From NCBI GenBank assembly GCA_037447605.1, contig CM074806.1, forward strand, positions 4,154,001 to 4,218,000: a stretch of DNA of 64,000 bases, read 5' to 3'. Shown here in pieces: positions 1 to 11,550 of the stretch (positions are counted from its first letter, which is position 1; the number at the start of each line of letters is the position of its first letter). The translations under genes were made by a program, and so were the position numbers. The DNA comes from Zygnema circumcarinatum SAG 698-1b (Eukaryota > Plantae > Zygnematophyceae). A model generated the notes under the pieces. The model worked only from the letters and a program-made list of their open reading frames with translations, was not told the DNA's origin and did no database searches.

Positions 1-216
1 TAGGGTAATCGGGCGCAATCAGGAGAAATGGTGAACTCGTATTGGGTTCAAGTCGCGGTCTGGCAAGGGATGGGGTCTCGTTGATGATAATTGTTGGTTG
101 ATTGGATTAATTTTTTGATGGAAATTATAATTTATAGTTTAGTCCAGGTCGTAGAAGTGTAAGCGTATTAGGGTGCGTTGGGTGAGGTTTTTTTGGAAGT
201 TAGTTTCATGTCATTA

Positions 217-349
217 GGGGGTGTCAGACTTCACGAAATCTTACGAACAAGGAAGCTTCGGTAATACTCCGCCGCAGCAAAACTGCGATGTCAAAGGAGT
301 ACTCGTTCTGGTCTCAAACTTACGAACAACAAAAAAGTCTGACACTCCC
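217..349. mobile_element. MITE, family A, copy 1 (15-bp TIR, TA flanks)
   Basis: Starts GGGGGTGTCAGACTT and ends AAGTCTGACACTCCC (14/15 inverted match), with TA on both sides. Internal blocks (aaatcttacgaa, tactccgccgcag, ggagtactcgttctg, tcaaacttacgaaca) recur at 11066-11221. Confidence 0.8.
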
Positions 350-1967
350 TATTCAAAAAAACACTTTCAAGTACGTTTGCAGGGATGTTTGCTGCTAAAA
401 AACTGGACTGCGCATAGCACACTCCCATCCTGCTTTCCGTGCTTGCTCCCTTAGGTCCCACATCCCCCCTTCTTAACACTCAGCCCTAAAAGGCCAAATT
501 TAGTTGTCTGACCCTCACCCACACTCATGCCACTGGGAGGCCTCGCCATTGCAGCCGCTGCCTGAACTCGTCCCCACCGGCGACCCTCACCCTCCCTCAA
601 ATGGAGACCTGTTGGTCCCCCCCAACTTTCGCGAACTCTTAAGGAACACCGTCACGGTGGGGACTGCAACGGTGACTTGCTGTCAACCTCGGTCATTGCC
701 TAATGTCGAATTGAGAGTCTATCTATTCCGGTTGTTGTCTATTTGAAGACTTTCATTTGTCGTTGGTTTTTGAAAACAGATCGAGATCCCAAATCCTTGA
801 ACCGTAACAAGCAACAAGCTCTGAATCACTTAGCACACCCTCTAGAGCGGTGAGTGGAGAAGGCAGAGAAAGGGTGGCAGCTCAAAGACTGGTGGAAAAC
901 ACCGAGCATGGGAAACAAAAAAAGGATAATATTTCAGACATGAGATAGGATTTGTGAGAGTGTTTGTATGTGAGAGTGAGAGATGGCTTCAAATCTCAGA
1001 CACACTATTCCCTGAAAGCATGCCGTAGCAGCCTTGCCCAAACCTTATCCCCGAAAAAATATAGAAATTCAGCTCGTAAAGCTGCTCATACTGTGAGCTT
1101 GAGTTCTCCATACAAAGGGATCCCCAAGGTTAAGGTTGGTACTGCCACCCAAAAAGAAGGGAAAAAAAAGGGGACTGTACCCAAATCAAACTGAGGACCT
1201 TTGCTGAATTATTACGAACAGAAAAAGGAAAAGGAGGAAAATACCGTGTTATGTGCTTCCATGTAAAAGTAGGGCGCCGCACTGCTGCTATAAAAGAGGT
1301 GTTTCAATACTCATCTGACATCACTATGGCAAGTCTCTGGGAAAGAAAGATTGATCAAAATGTAAAAACTACCGGCGAAAGTCTACGTGAATAACTCGTG
1401 AAATCTCAAATCCTCTATGTACCTTCTCTACGTCCGCGTGGAAGCACCGTTTTATAGCAGCTTTCAGGAACACCTATATACTAAAAATTGTGGAATGGGA
1501 ATACCATGGAGGAGCCCCCTGCCGGATGGTGAGCGATTCCTGAAACATTCAATTGAAAGGCTAAACTGCCAGTGACAATACAAAATCTGCACATAAGCAC
1601 ATTGGATAAAACAGGAAAATAGTTAATCCTATCACTATACTATAGACCCATTGTTAAGGACTCGAAGCCCCACAAAACATGCCAATCCTGAATAGAACCT
1701 TTACCGTACAAATGTCCGAGCAGCCTTGCTTTGAATATAGACAGTGAATCTCAACGAGTGGTGCATATCTATACCTAAAACAAATGTCCAAAGTTTAAAT
1801 TCAACGCATAGAACAAGTCAGATCGTTCTTGGCACCGACACACTGCATTCAGCGGAAAAGATACCAAGATACCAAGTGAAAAAACAAACTTACCCGATAT
1901 ACCATTTGATTATTTGTAGTGATATGTAAGCGGTGCTGCTGTTGCCGCATTCTCTCCAATTGCTGCT

Positions 1968-4900
1968 TCAATGAAAACGATCTACCTTATTCCCGACGAG
2001 CTGGTGAGGAAAAACTGTAACATGCTGTTGCTCATTCCTCCCTGTACCCCAACTACCAAACTTCATGCTGTCTCCATCTTGGATTTTCGACAGACTCTTG
2101 CTTGCGTTTGCCCGCCCTGAAACTCCATTTCCCACTCCCATGTTCAAAGGTGCATCATGCTGAGAAGGACCAGCAGCATGCGGAAACTGCCTTTCCGAAA
2201 CCCCATTCTCGAAAACTCCTGAAGTGGATCTTTCTGGGAGAGTGAGAAGATGGCTCTTTCCAGACATATAGCCACTAAAACCTGCTCCTCCATTAACTCC
2301 GTTGCCAGAAGTCAGCGTGCCTGCATGTGGGCCCTGCTCAGACATAGCAAACATGCTATGCAACCTGAAGGGACTATTCTGCACTGCATTTCCAGCTTCA
2401 ATAGCGGATATATCCTCAGTTGCATGTCTTGTGATCCTCTTATCTGTTAGCGGAGTCTTGTCTTGAAGTTGTCCAAACACCCCACCTCCCAAGTCCATAT
2501 CCCCTTCTCCATACTGCAATCTACGGGCCATCACCGGGCTGGAGTTCATCTGATCTCCGTTCCTTGACACTGTACGCATTCCAACATTCGGTTGCCGCAA
2601 AATCTCATTGAAGTGGCTAAATTCGGTTGAAATTCTCTGGGCACTTTCTGTAAAATAAGTTCTCCGTTTATCAACAGATGGTGCCTCTGTTGGGGACGGC
2701 TGAGGCTGACCCAGCTCACCATATGATAATAAGTTTCCATCAGCTATGCCAGTTGAGACTGGTGGAAATGAAAAGGCGCTGGGTACGCCTTCGGAAAACA
2801 AGGGTGAGCTCGAAAAATATGATGATGAAGGAGGAGGACTTGGTATTGGCTCCGGAGATGGCCCCGGTTCCACAGATTCTGCCTCTTCCATGAGCATTTC
2901 TCTCTCCATGTCCAGTACGACACTTAAGGCAGAGCTCTGCATCAAAAAACAGCAACAAAAACCAACGAAAAATGGGGCACGGGTTAGACGAACATCAGAA
3001 ACATTCTTCGAGCAAATAAACACACTTTCAATTCACATGACAAGCATTCCACACCTCGACCTTCTACACACTGGAAGGGCAAAAGTAAAAATACAATATT
3101 GCACTTGGATCGAGCTCACCATTAAAGAAGTACGCCGTTCTCTGATCTGGCGAATTTGAGCCTTTTTCTGCTCATCCATCATAGAGCCCAGGCACGCATT
3201 TTCCACCTCGCACACCTTCCGATGTATGCGATACGCTTCCAGATACTGGTGACGCTGCAAACATAGCCCTGCCCGTCACTGTGACAAAACCCTATTTCAA
3301 GCATACACCCATATTTCACCTAAAGAAGGTCCACAATCTTTCCAGACCTTCCTTAAATCATTCCATACGTCTGAGAGACATAACAGGAAAAATAACATAA
3401 TTTTTGGAACATAAAACAAGGACGAAGCAATTTCATTGAAAACAACCAACCAAACACTGAGTAATTACAGTTGTAAAAAACAGAGCCAGCAAAACTTCAG
3501 AATAGCATTAGGAACACTACGAAGTAGAAAGCACACCTCAATATAGAACCCGACAAGTAAGCTTCCTTCAGCTCCAGCAGGATCCTGCGCATTCCTTGCC
3601 AAGAAACAGGACTTGACGGCCTCCTGCTCTTCTGCACTCCACTGCAGAGCCAATATCCGTCTCGCCCGCGCCTTTCTTATGCAAAGCCAGCAAAACTCCC
3701 CCACCAATGTTTCCATCTGAATTCTCCAGTCAGCTTCAACTTCCTGTTCAGAATTAGAAACAGTTTCCCATCCTCGCCCTCCTCCCCCTACTTTATTTCT
3801 CTCTCCTTTTGCCCTTTCTGTGTGTGCTCGCTGGTACAAGAAGGCTTCTCCCAAGAGGTCGGAATCGACCAAGACTCGAACTGCAGTCACAGATTCTTGT
3901 AGTGATGGAAGACTCGTCCATGTACTTGGAACGGAAAGTTGCTGATTACAGTGGAAAAGACTTAAGGCTACTTGCGTCTGCTGCCTCTCCAGCAAGACTC
4001 TCGCCACCCGAGGATGGGTCACTCTGTGGAAGTAATTCAGTTGTTCGCATGCCTCCTGCAAGACCCAATTCACATCACATGGTAAACCTAATATTTCAGA
4101 GTGGTTCATGTGTAAGGGTTTCAGGAAACGTTGAACTACAAAGAAGTTTAGGGGTTTTGCAAGGGTTCGTCAGGTCCGAACTATTCACCTTTAGTGCATC
4201 CGAACTGTCATCATCGAGTAGAAAGAATATGAAAGTCTCCAATTCAACATTTTTGGGAATGCTGAAAGTCTTCACGTAATCGTCTATGACAGGTTTCCAC
4301 TGATTGTTAGAGGGATTCCATAAACGGTCAAAAAGGTAATATAGAAACTGCAAAATGGTCAAGGACGATACTCTAGGAAGGCAAAAGACCCCAATCAGCA
4401 TATTTTCCCCACACATTGCATCAAAGCTGCAACAAAAAAAAAATCCAAGAGTAAATCTGCAAGGAAGGAAAAAAAGTGGGAATAATGAGGTGTAATAAAA
4501 AGAAAACAAACGCATTCATACATACACATGTATACGTGAGTGTATACATGCCTTGTCTCACTGACGAACATTGACTGTTAAGGATACAATTGCCTCCTTA
4601 GCGAAAAAGAGGTGGGATGCTCCATCCAAGAAAAGGCTGTCAACAGCCGTCCGAACACTGTCTGGAGGATAGGCACTTCCAGTTGCTCCAAAAAGCTTCT
4701 TCTCTGACGTTTTCCCAAAGGCTGTGCTTGTCACACCACCCTGTCGCAACGATTCCAAATCAAAAGTATCTGCTCCAAAATCTGGCGCACTAGTAGCAAT
4801 TTCTGTCTGAAGATGTATCAACGCTTCTTCAATGAACAGATTTATGGAGGGCTTTCCGCCCAACTGTCCGGTGCCTACAATGTAATCGGGCCAAGTCCTC

Positions 4901-5304
4901 TCCAATGCAGCTTGCTTTCTTTGCCTGAACGCTACTCTCCATTTGCTAAAGTCTGCAAATCTGTGTGAAACGGCTTCAACAAATCTGTTTCGGGCCAACC
5001 AAAGCATGATTTGAAGGTGCTGCAGCAAAGATCGCGGCATACGATGGTCGTCAAAAGTCACAACAAAAAAGCGAACCATGCAAAAACGGACAAAATCTTG
5101 AACTGGTCAATGGCGCGTTTAGATCACATCTCCACAGAAACGCTCATGTTTTTAAATTCAATCACGGCCGAGAAACAATGAACTCAGCCTATTTGCAGCG
5201 CCAATATTGAACAGACGCCGATCCAGGTTACAAGAATGAGCAAAAAAAGTCTAAAACAAATACAGGGTAACAAGGGGGGGGGGGGGGGGGGGGGNNNNNN
5301 NNNN

Positions 5305-5336
<32 letters not shown>

Positions 5337-6748
5337 GTGCAATACAAGTACCTGTACCACTTTCTTGACAGCATCAAGGAGACAGTGCAGGTCCTTGGGA
5401 GGCTCCGCTTGACGCTGTTGAGAAAGAGTGTCAATTGTCTCCAGAACGGTCACAACATCCTTCAGTTTCCATGCTGTGCTGTCCAGCACAGTTTGCCTTG
5501 TTTCACGAGCCATTTCCACAGGACCAAGTTTATCTGCATAAGACTTGTTAAGCCAAACTCGAATTTCTCACTGTAAAACAATGAGCACAACAACTCGAAC
5601 TTGTAACAAGTAATCTGTCCAACGGTTCTCGTTGATAAAGATTGCTATCATATTCAGCAGAGACAGAGAAGAGTAAACGACTTGGCAAACCATTAGGTTT
5701 TTTTAAGGGCATCCAAACACGGGAGCGAAAAGCAAGCGTGCAAAAAATAATTGACCCTTAAAGGATACACGTGTCTCTAAGGACTTTCTTCATCCCATGG
5801 AATGCCCTTCTGCACCATTCCTTCACAACTCCACAGTCTAAGAGCACTGAAACAGCCGGATCGCTTGAAACTGCAGTCTCGTCCAAACACACATCCGCGA
5901 TATCTGGCAAGGAGGTTAAGTAACAATAGAAGCCTTGACTTGTAGAGCAAAAGCAGAAAGAACCACGATTAAGTACATAAGGTCGTGCAGAAGGATTACC
6001 GAACGAACCTCATTATGAGATGATTAAGATTCAGATCCTCATTAAAATGATGAGATAAAACTTGTGAGACGGAACTTATACCGTGCTTCTACTGGCATGC
6101 GAGGAATTGGATACAATGACAAATAACGGAGACAAGGCTGTGCTCCAATGCAACGTCAAAAAATTGGTACAATCTTCGAGCATCAACGGTGGAGCAGAAC
6201 TGGTTATCTCGCTGAAACATATCGTCATCACGAACTCGTACGAGAAGCCCTGCGTCTAGTAGATCATCGTGCAACCGAAGAACTGGCGATTGTCCATGTA
6301 TGGGAGTTCGACAAACAGGACAGACTTCCGATCTCTGCGCACATTCTGTGCAAAGACATGCATGTCCACAGGGTGCGAGGTAATGCTGCAGATCTCTGCC
6401 ACACGTACGGAGATCCTTCACTGCCCTGCACTTCTCTACTTTTGCTTCGCTGCACAGTTGGCGTGAGCTTATTGTGGCGAGTCTCTCCAAGACCTGTCAC
6501 AGAAACTCTCCGAGCATGTCACTAACTGTAGGGCAGGGATTTCGAAACGACGGTCACTGAATTGCAGCTGCTACTAGAGATGCTTGCCCATTCCTATGAG
6601 CAGAAATCAACTCCAAACATGATTTCGGCTATATATATGGAAAACATCTTAACTTCAAGACACAGCTAGTGGAAGTTTTTTCAGATAGTTCTAAAAATAA
6701 ACGCTGAATAAGTACCTCAGTTTCCCTGTCCATAGTTTCCTGAGACAT
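1968..6748 (-). CDS. HOS1: HOS1 E3 ubiquitin ligase / ELYS-domain nucleoporin (multi-exon)
   Basis: Exons approx. 6748-6716 (MSQETMDRETE), 6493-6115 (RING: CGHACLCTECAQRSEVCPVCR), 5903-5769 (YIADVCLDETAVSSDP), ~5550-5352 (start unresolved), 5019-4588, 4347-4189 (FLYYLFDR..LLDD), 4055-3537, 3254-3120, 2936-1968. Collinear with recalled plant HOS1 motifs. The 3' end may continue through short exons below 1968. Confidence 0.92.
5274..5335. repeat. Poly-G tract containing a 10-N assembly gap (HOS1 intron)
   Basis: G homopolymer on both sides of Ns at 5295-5304. Confidence 0.95.
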
Positions 6749-7052
6749 GGCCGCTCCCAAAAAAACGGCCAAAAAAGTTCCTACACTGCAACGTCACTTT
6801 GGAAAACTGCTGTTGGCTTCTTTGGCTGCGTCACCACCATGCATGCATAATGAAACAGAGTCAGAGTCAGCCAAGCAAGCAAGCAAGCCAAAGTTATGAC
6901 GCATATATTCAAGAAGTCCCTGAATCTCCCGTGCCCTTCCCCTTACGTACCTGCAGCAGACAGCATGAGCCGCGCGCCTGCGCCTTAGCAGCAGCAGCAG
7001 CAGATCGTCCGTCCGCTCGCGCTGCAACCCAAACCCCTGCAAGCTCCAAACG

Positions 7053-7086
7053 CATCCAAAACCCTAATTTTGTCCAAAACCCTAAT
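7053..7086. promoter_or_regulatory. Tandem telo-boxes in the HOS1/ERI2 divergent promoter
   Basis: AAAACCCTAA at 7058 and 7076 (18-bp period), inside the ~750-bp gap between the two head-to-head ATGs (6748 and 7502). Confidence 0.55.
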
Positions 7087-7501
7087 CTTGCTCGCCGCGC
7101 GCCAGTCCAGAGCCTGCTGCAGAGCAGGCGGGAAGGGCGGGCCCTTGAAACCTCGTTGCCAGGGCTCCAAAAAGTAAGCGCCACGTGTTGACCGCCGGAA
7201 AAAAATCCGTTCAAATTTGAACGAATCGAACTCGGGACCAACGAAACGAGCGCCCAAACTTTTGAAAGAGGATCAGAACTTGGGATCAACCTGGAGATCT
7301 AAGGATTTACATAGGATCAGAAATGTGCGCGTTGTACGCAAAGTAATTAAGTCGAACTTGTCGGATCAATGGAGTGTGGGACTAGGCGTGTTTAAATTTG
7401 AGGATCCACTTGTGTGTGAAGATCCACCTTGTGTGTGGGTTGAAATGGTTTGTATGGCTCCGGGCGTCGTCGTCCTGACGAGCGTCGTGAAGGTGGGGGT
7501 C

Positions 7502-7567
7502 ATGGCGTCCACTGCACTTACCGACGTGCAGAGAGGTAAGGCCTTTCTCTTCGCTCTCTCTCTCTCT

Positions 7568-7598
<31 letters not shown>

Positions 7599-10183
7599 TC
7601 TCTCCGGTTTTTCTCTCCGTCTCTCTCATGCCTCATTCAGCTACGTCCCTCGCGGTACAATTTCTGCTCGTCGTGTATCCATGCAGTGCCGTCGCTGACG
7701 TGCTTCCGTGTTTCTGCAGAGAGAATTGCAGTGAATCGTCAAGCTGCACTCGCGAGACTCATGGTTCGCAAAGTTCGCAAAGCGAGCGAAACTAGCAGCG
7801 CTTTCGTAACTTCCTCGCCGGCACCCTTCTCTCCAAACTCTACCTCATCGTCGTCCGTACATTTAGTCCCTATTCGCGCTGCGAGTGATGACGTTAACGT
7901 TGGGCGGGAAGCCTCCGTATTGACAGCTTTCGTTGAAAACAGCTCAATTCTGGACGTTTCCACCTCTTATTCTATTCGAAAGTGTCAATCATCAGTGACT
8001 TCTTGCCCAAAATCAGCTAATTTTGCTCCTCAAAATGGAAAAGTGCTGTGTTCTATGGCCCCTGCGGTAGAGCCTTCTGCAATATGCAACCCAATGCAGG
8101 AGTTGTCCATCAATCAGAGCTCTTTCTGTGATGGTTTGAGAACTTCATGTGAAGGAGGTACATTTCCTGCGTATGGAGATGCGAGGACGACTTCAAACAT
8201 TTGTCTGGAAGCGTTTCATGGTTGTGAAGGAGAGTTTGTATATAACAACAACAATAGCAACAGTTACGATTTTGGACTCGGAAGACATGAACAAAGAATA
8301 GGCGAAAGTTCCTCCGCCTCTTGTATATTTCAAGTGGAGGAAAAAGAAACTGGTTTGTCTTGGTGTGACAATCCAGCGATTAAAACAATAGAAGAAAGGA
8401 ATCAACAGGATTTTGATTTCCTTGTAGTGATCGATTTTGAAGCAACTTGCGACAACAAGAAGAGTCTTCATCCACAGGTAAGTTTCACCTTTGACTTCAA
8501 TATGAGACTTGAGTTGTTATTACATATTGAATCCCAGAATGAGAGATTACAAGAGCCGATGGGGTATAACGGTTGAGCAATAGGGCCAAAGAGAAGGCAT
8601 AGATGGGGAAGGGAGAGGGAATGAGGAGGAACGGGAGGAAAGGAACAACTGCCGCAAGTAGGGGGAAAATGTAAATGAAAATCGACTTCCCTTGTGACGT
8701 AATTTTTATCTTCATTGTGGCTGTTTAAAGTGTATGCAAGGATCCCCTGCTTTGCTGTCTGTTCATAGGAAATTATTGAATTCCCGTCGGTGCTGGTTGA
8801 TGCGCACTCTTTACAAATAAAGGACAGTTGGCGTGTATATGTTCGTCCACAAGTGAACGTCCAGCTCACTTCTTTTTGTACAAAGCTTACAGGCATCCAG
8901 CAGTCGCAGGTTTGTTCTCCTCGTATCCTCTCTTGCATGCATCCATATTAATTTTATCTGCGTACCTACTATCTCGTTTTATATTCTTACCTACTATCTA
9001 ATTCCGTTTCTATTTTCATACCACCTCTGCTCCTTTCGTTCGCATGTTGTTCTTTTGCTCAGCAACTATACTCTTTTTGGGATTGATTAGTGGGATCAGT
9101 GTTGAAAAAACTACCAAAGCATGAGTTGCATCTTAGTTTATCCTCTGGCATGCTCTGCTTAGTTCCCCCGCAATCTCAGAATCTGAAAATCTTCTCACAC
9201 TCGAGATTCTCCTTTGCAGTGTGCCGAATTAGGATGATTTTCTAGATGTGGCATGTCACAAATGAACATGCTGTAGACGTAGTTTTCTTCGTCAAAATAG
9301 GATGACATGATTTCAGTACTTCTCATGATTTCAGGTCAGCTCTTTATCGTGATTCATTGAGTACATGCAATTATTTTGTCTTTCTTCTGGTGCAGACAGG
9401 AAGTTTCGAGAAGAAAAGCTCAGCAATGGTCCCTCTTTGCGCCTTTAGGTGGATGCAGGTGTTCCCTTGAAGCTGGCTCTGTCCTTACATGACGAGTGGC
9501 TGAGGGGAAAAGGAGTACTGGAGAAAAGATTTGCAGTTGTTACATGGTCGGACTGGGACTGCAAAGTGATGTTGGAAACAGAGTGCAAGTGGAAGAACAT
9601 TCGCAAACCACCTTATTTTAACCAGTAAGTATCGCCCTGTCTCCTTTCAATCTAACTGTTTGCTAAGCTATCCTCTATGTGCAGCATTTGGGACGCTTAT
9701 CAGTGCTTTGTTTTTCCTATCAACTTTTATGGCAGGTGGATCAATTTGAAGGTTGCATTTGGGGAGGCTCAACTGAGCAAAGAGAAGGTAGGCTTGATGG
9801 CTGCAGTTGAGGCAGCAGGGCTTGAGTGGGAGGGGAGAGCACATAGTGGTCTGGATGACGCGGGCAACACGGCTCGATTGCTTATTGCCCTCATTTCTGG
9901 AGGGGCAGTTCTCAAAATCACTGGATCTTTCAAAATTTACGGCCCAGATGGGTCGAGGCTAAAGCAATCAACTGTGAAAAAGAGACCCCGCGGGAGCTCA
10001 GAGGGGTCGCTAGGTGATGAAGTCGTGAGGAAAAAAGGTGGCGGAAAGTGCGAGTGTGGTGTGAAGAGTAGGTTAAGGACAGTGAAGAAACCGGGGCCTG
10101 CACAGGGAAGGGCATTTTATTCGTGCGGAAAGTGGACTATCACGGAAGGAGGAAAATGCGATTTTTTTGTGTGGGCGTCTTGA
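7502..10183 (+). CDS. ERI1/ERI2-like DEDDh 3'-5' exonuclease with C-terminal GRF zinc finger
   Basis: Exons 7502-7535, 7720-8477, 8769-8909, 9449-9624, 9736-10183, with consistent phases. ExoI VVIDFEATC, EIIEFPSV, ExoII TWSDWDC, ExoIII HSGLDDA. GRF finger CECG..GRAFYSCGKW..KCDFFVW. Confidence 0.92.
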
Positions 10184-11065
10184 AAAGGTCGCCCTGTATT
10201 ACAAGGTGGTTTTGAGAGGCTAAGTGCTCCCTGTGACCTTCATGTTGCTTTGATGTGTGGGTCTACCCCTCAATTCTCTAGCCTGGTAGTTCGTCCTCCT
10301 GTTTCCCTCTGACATGCCAAGGTCCAGCACCCGTCAATTCCTCTCCAGTGAGTGACTGCGGGCCCAAGCTTCACCAAGCATTTTTCCCGCTTCGTGTCTG
10401 TATGGATCGGCAAAGTTTTCAGAGAATTGCCGGAACGAAAAAACATCATAGCTACACTCGTGGGTTTTGCGTCACTGCCTGTACAGAGCCGTTTGGACCG
10501 ACGTTTGGGCTAGTCCCTTCTGTACGTTTGAGCCGCACACTTGTCTTTTAGGGCTGCAGCAGCCAGCAGCCAGTTGCAGCCTGCACATTGTGCATTGTGC
10601 AATGTTTCCCCTACACTGCCAATTTGCCAATTCTATCTCTCCTGTTCTACACTTTGTATTCTGAAATTTCGCAATATGTTCGTAAGATGTAATTTAGAAT
10701 GCAGGTTTACATTTTCTACACTTCATTTTGCTTCTTGCATTTGAAAGCTCCACGCCAGTATTGTATGTGACAGGTGGCATTGCTTTTATGCGACGTGGCA
10801 CAACCTTACTTGTTTGGCTGACTCGACTGATTACGTGGCAAAAGCAAGCCACGTGTCGCACAGTACGTCGCTGTTCCTGTCGACGTGGCAAGCAGTCCGG
10901 TCGGGGGCGACCAGTGCTTTTGGCGTCTCCTTGAATCAAAAAGAGTACATTGCTGTCACTAGAGCAAGTTCGCTCTCGCGAATCGCGAGCAAGATCGCGA
11001 TTTTGAGACGTACGAGTTCTTTGTCAATCTGCATTCCGCCACATAGTGCAGCCCGCTTTATATTA

Positions 11066-11221
11066 GGGGGTGTCAGACTTAACAAAATCTTACGAAAAGC
11101 GTTACGAAAAAAAAGGTTACGAAAGTACTCCGCCGCAGGAGGATCGCGATTATACTGGAGTACTCGTTCTGATGTCAAACTTACGAACACGCGTACTGAA
11201 ATTTTTAAGTCTGACACCCCC
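11066..11221. mobile_element. MITE, family A, copy 2
   Basis: Perfect 17-bp TIR GGGGGTGTCAGACTTAA / TTAAGTCTGACACCCCC, flanked by TATTA on both sides (TA core). Homologous to 217-349. Confidence 0.85.
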
Positions 11222-11550
11222 TATTATACCCGCGAAGCTGAAATTCGCTGTTTGAGATTGTCGAGCATCGGCCAATGGGAATACGCCACGTGTATAAAAT
11301 GTACACGTGTCGTTTCGCCATTGAAGATGCTCGCCTGTTTGTATCGTCCGCAAAGGAGCGGCCCTGCAAGCAAGCGCAAGCGCAAGCGCTTGCAAGAAGC
11401 GGCCGCTTGGAGCACTGGCTTTTGCTCACGAAGGCCTGAGCGGACTCTAAAGGAGAAGCGAAGGAGATGTCACTGGTCCTTTTGATATTTTTGCTGGATC
11501 GCAGGCCATGATCAGTTTGTTGAATCGCAGTATTCGCGCTTGTTGATTGT

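Noticed and set aside
1300-1967. Additional terminal HOS1 exons
   Set aside because: Splice-like sites exist (e.g. near 1983, 1540, 1340), but no frame gave a convincing HOS1 C-terminal motif; left unresolved.
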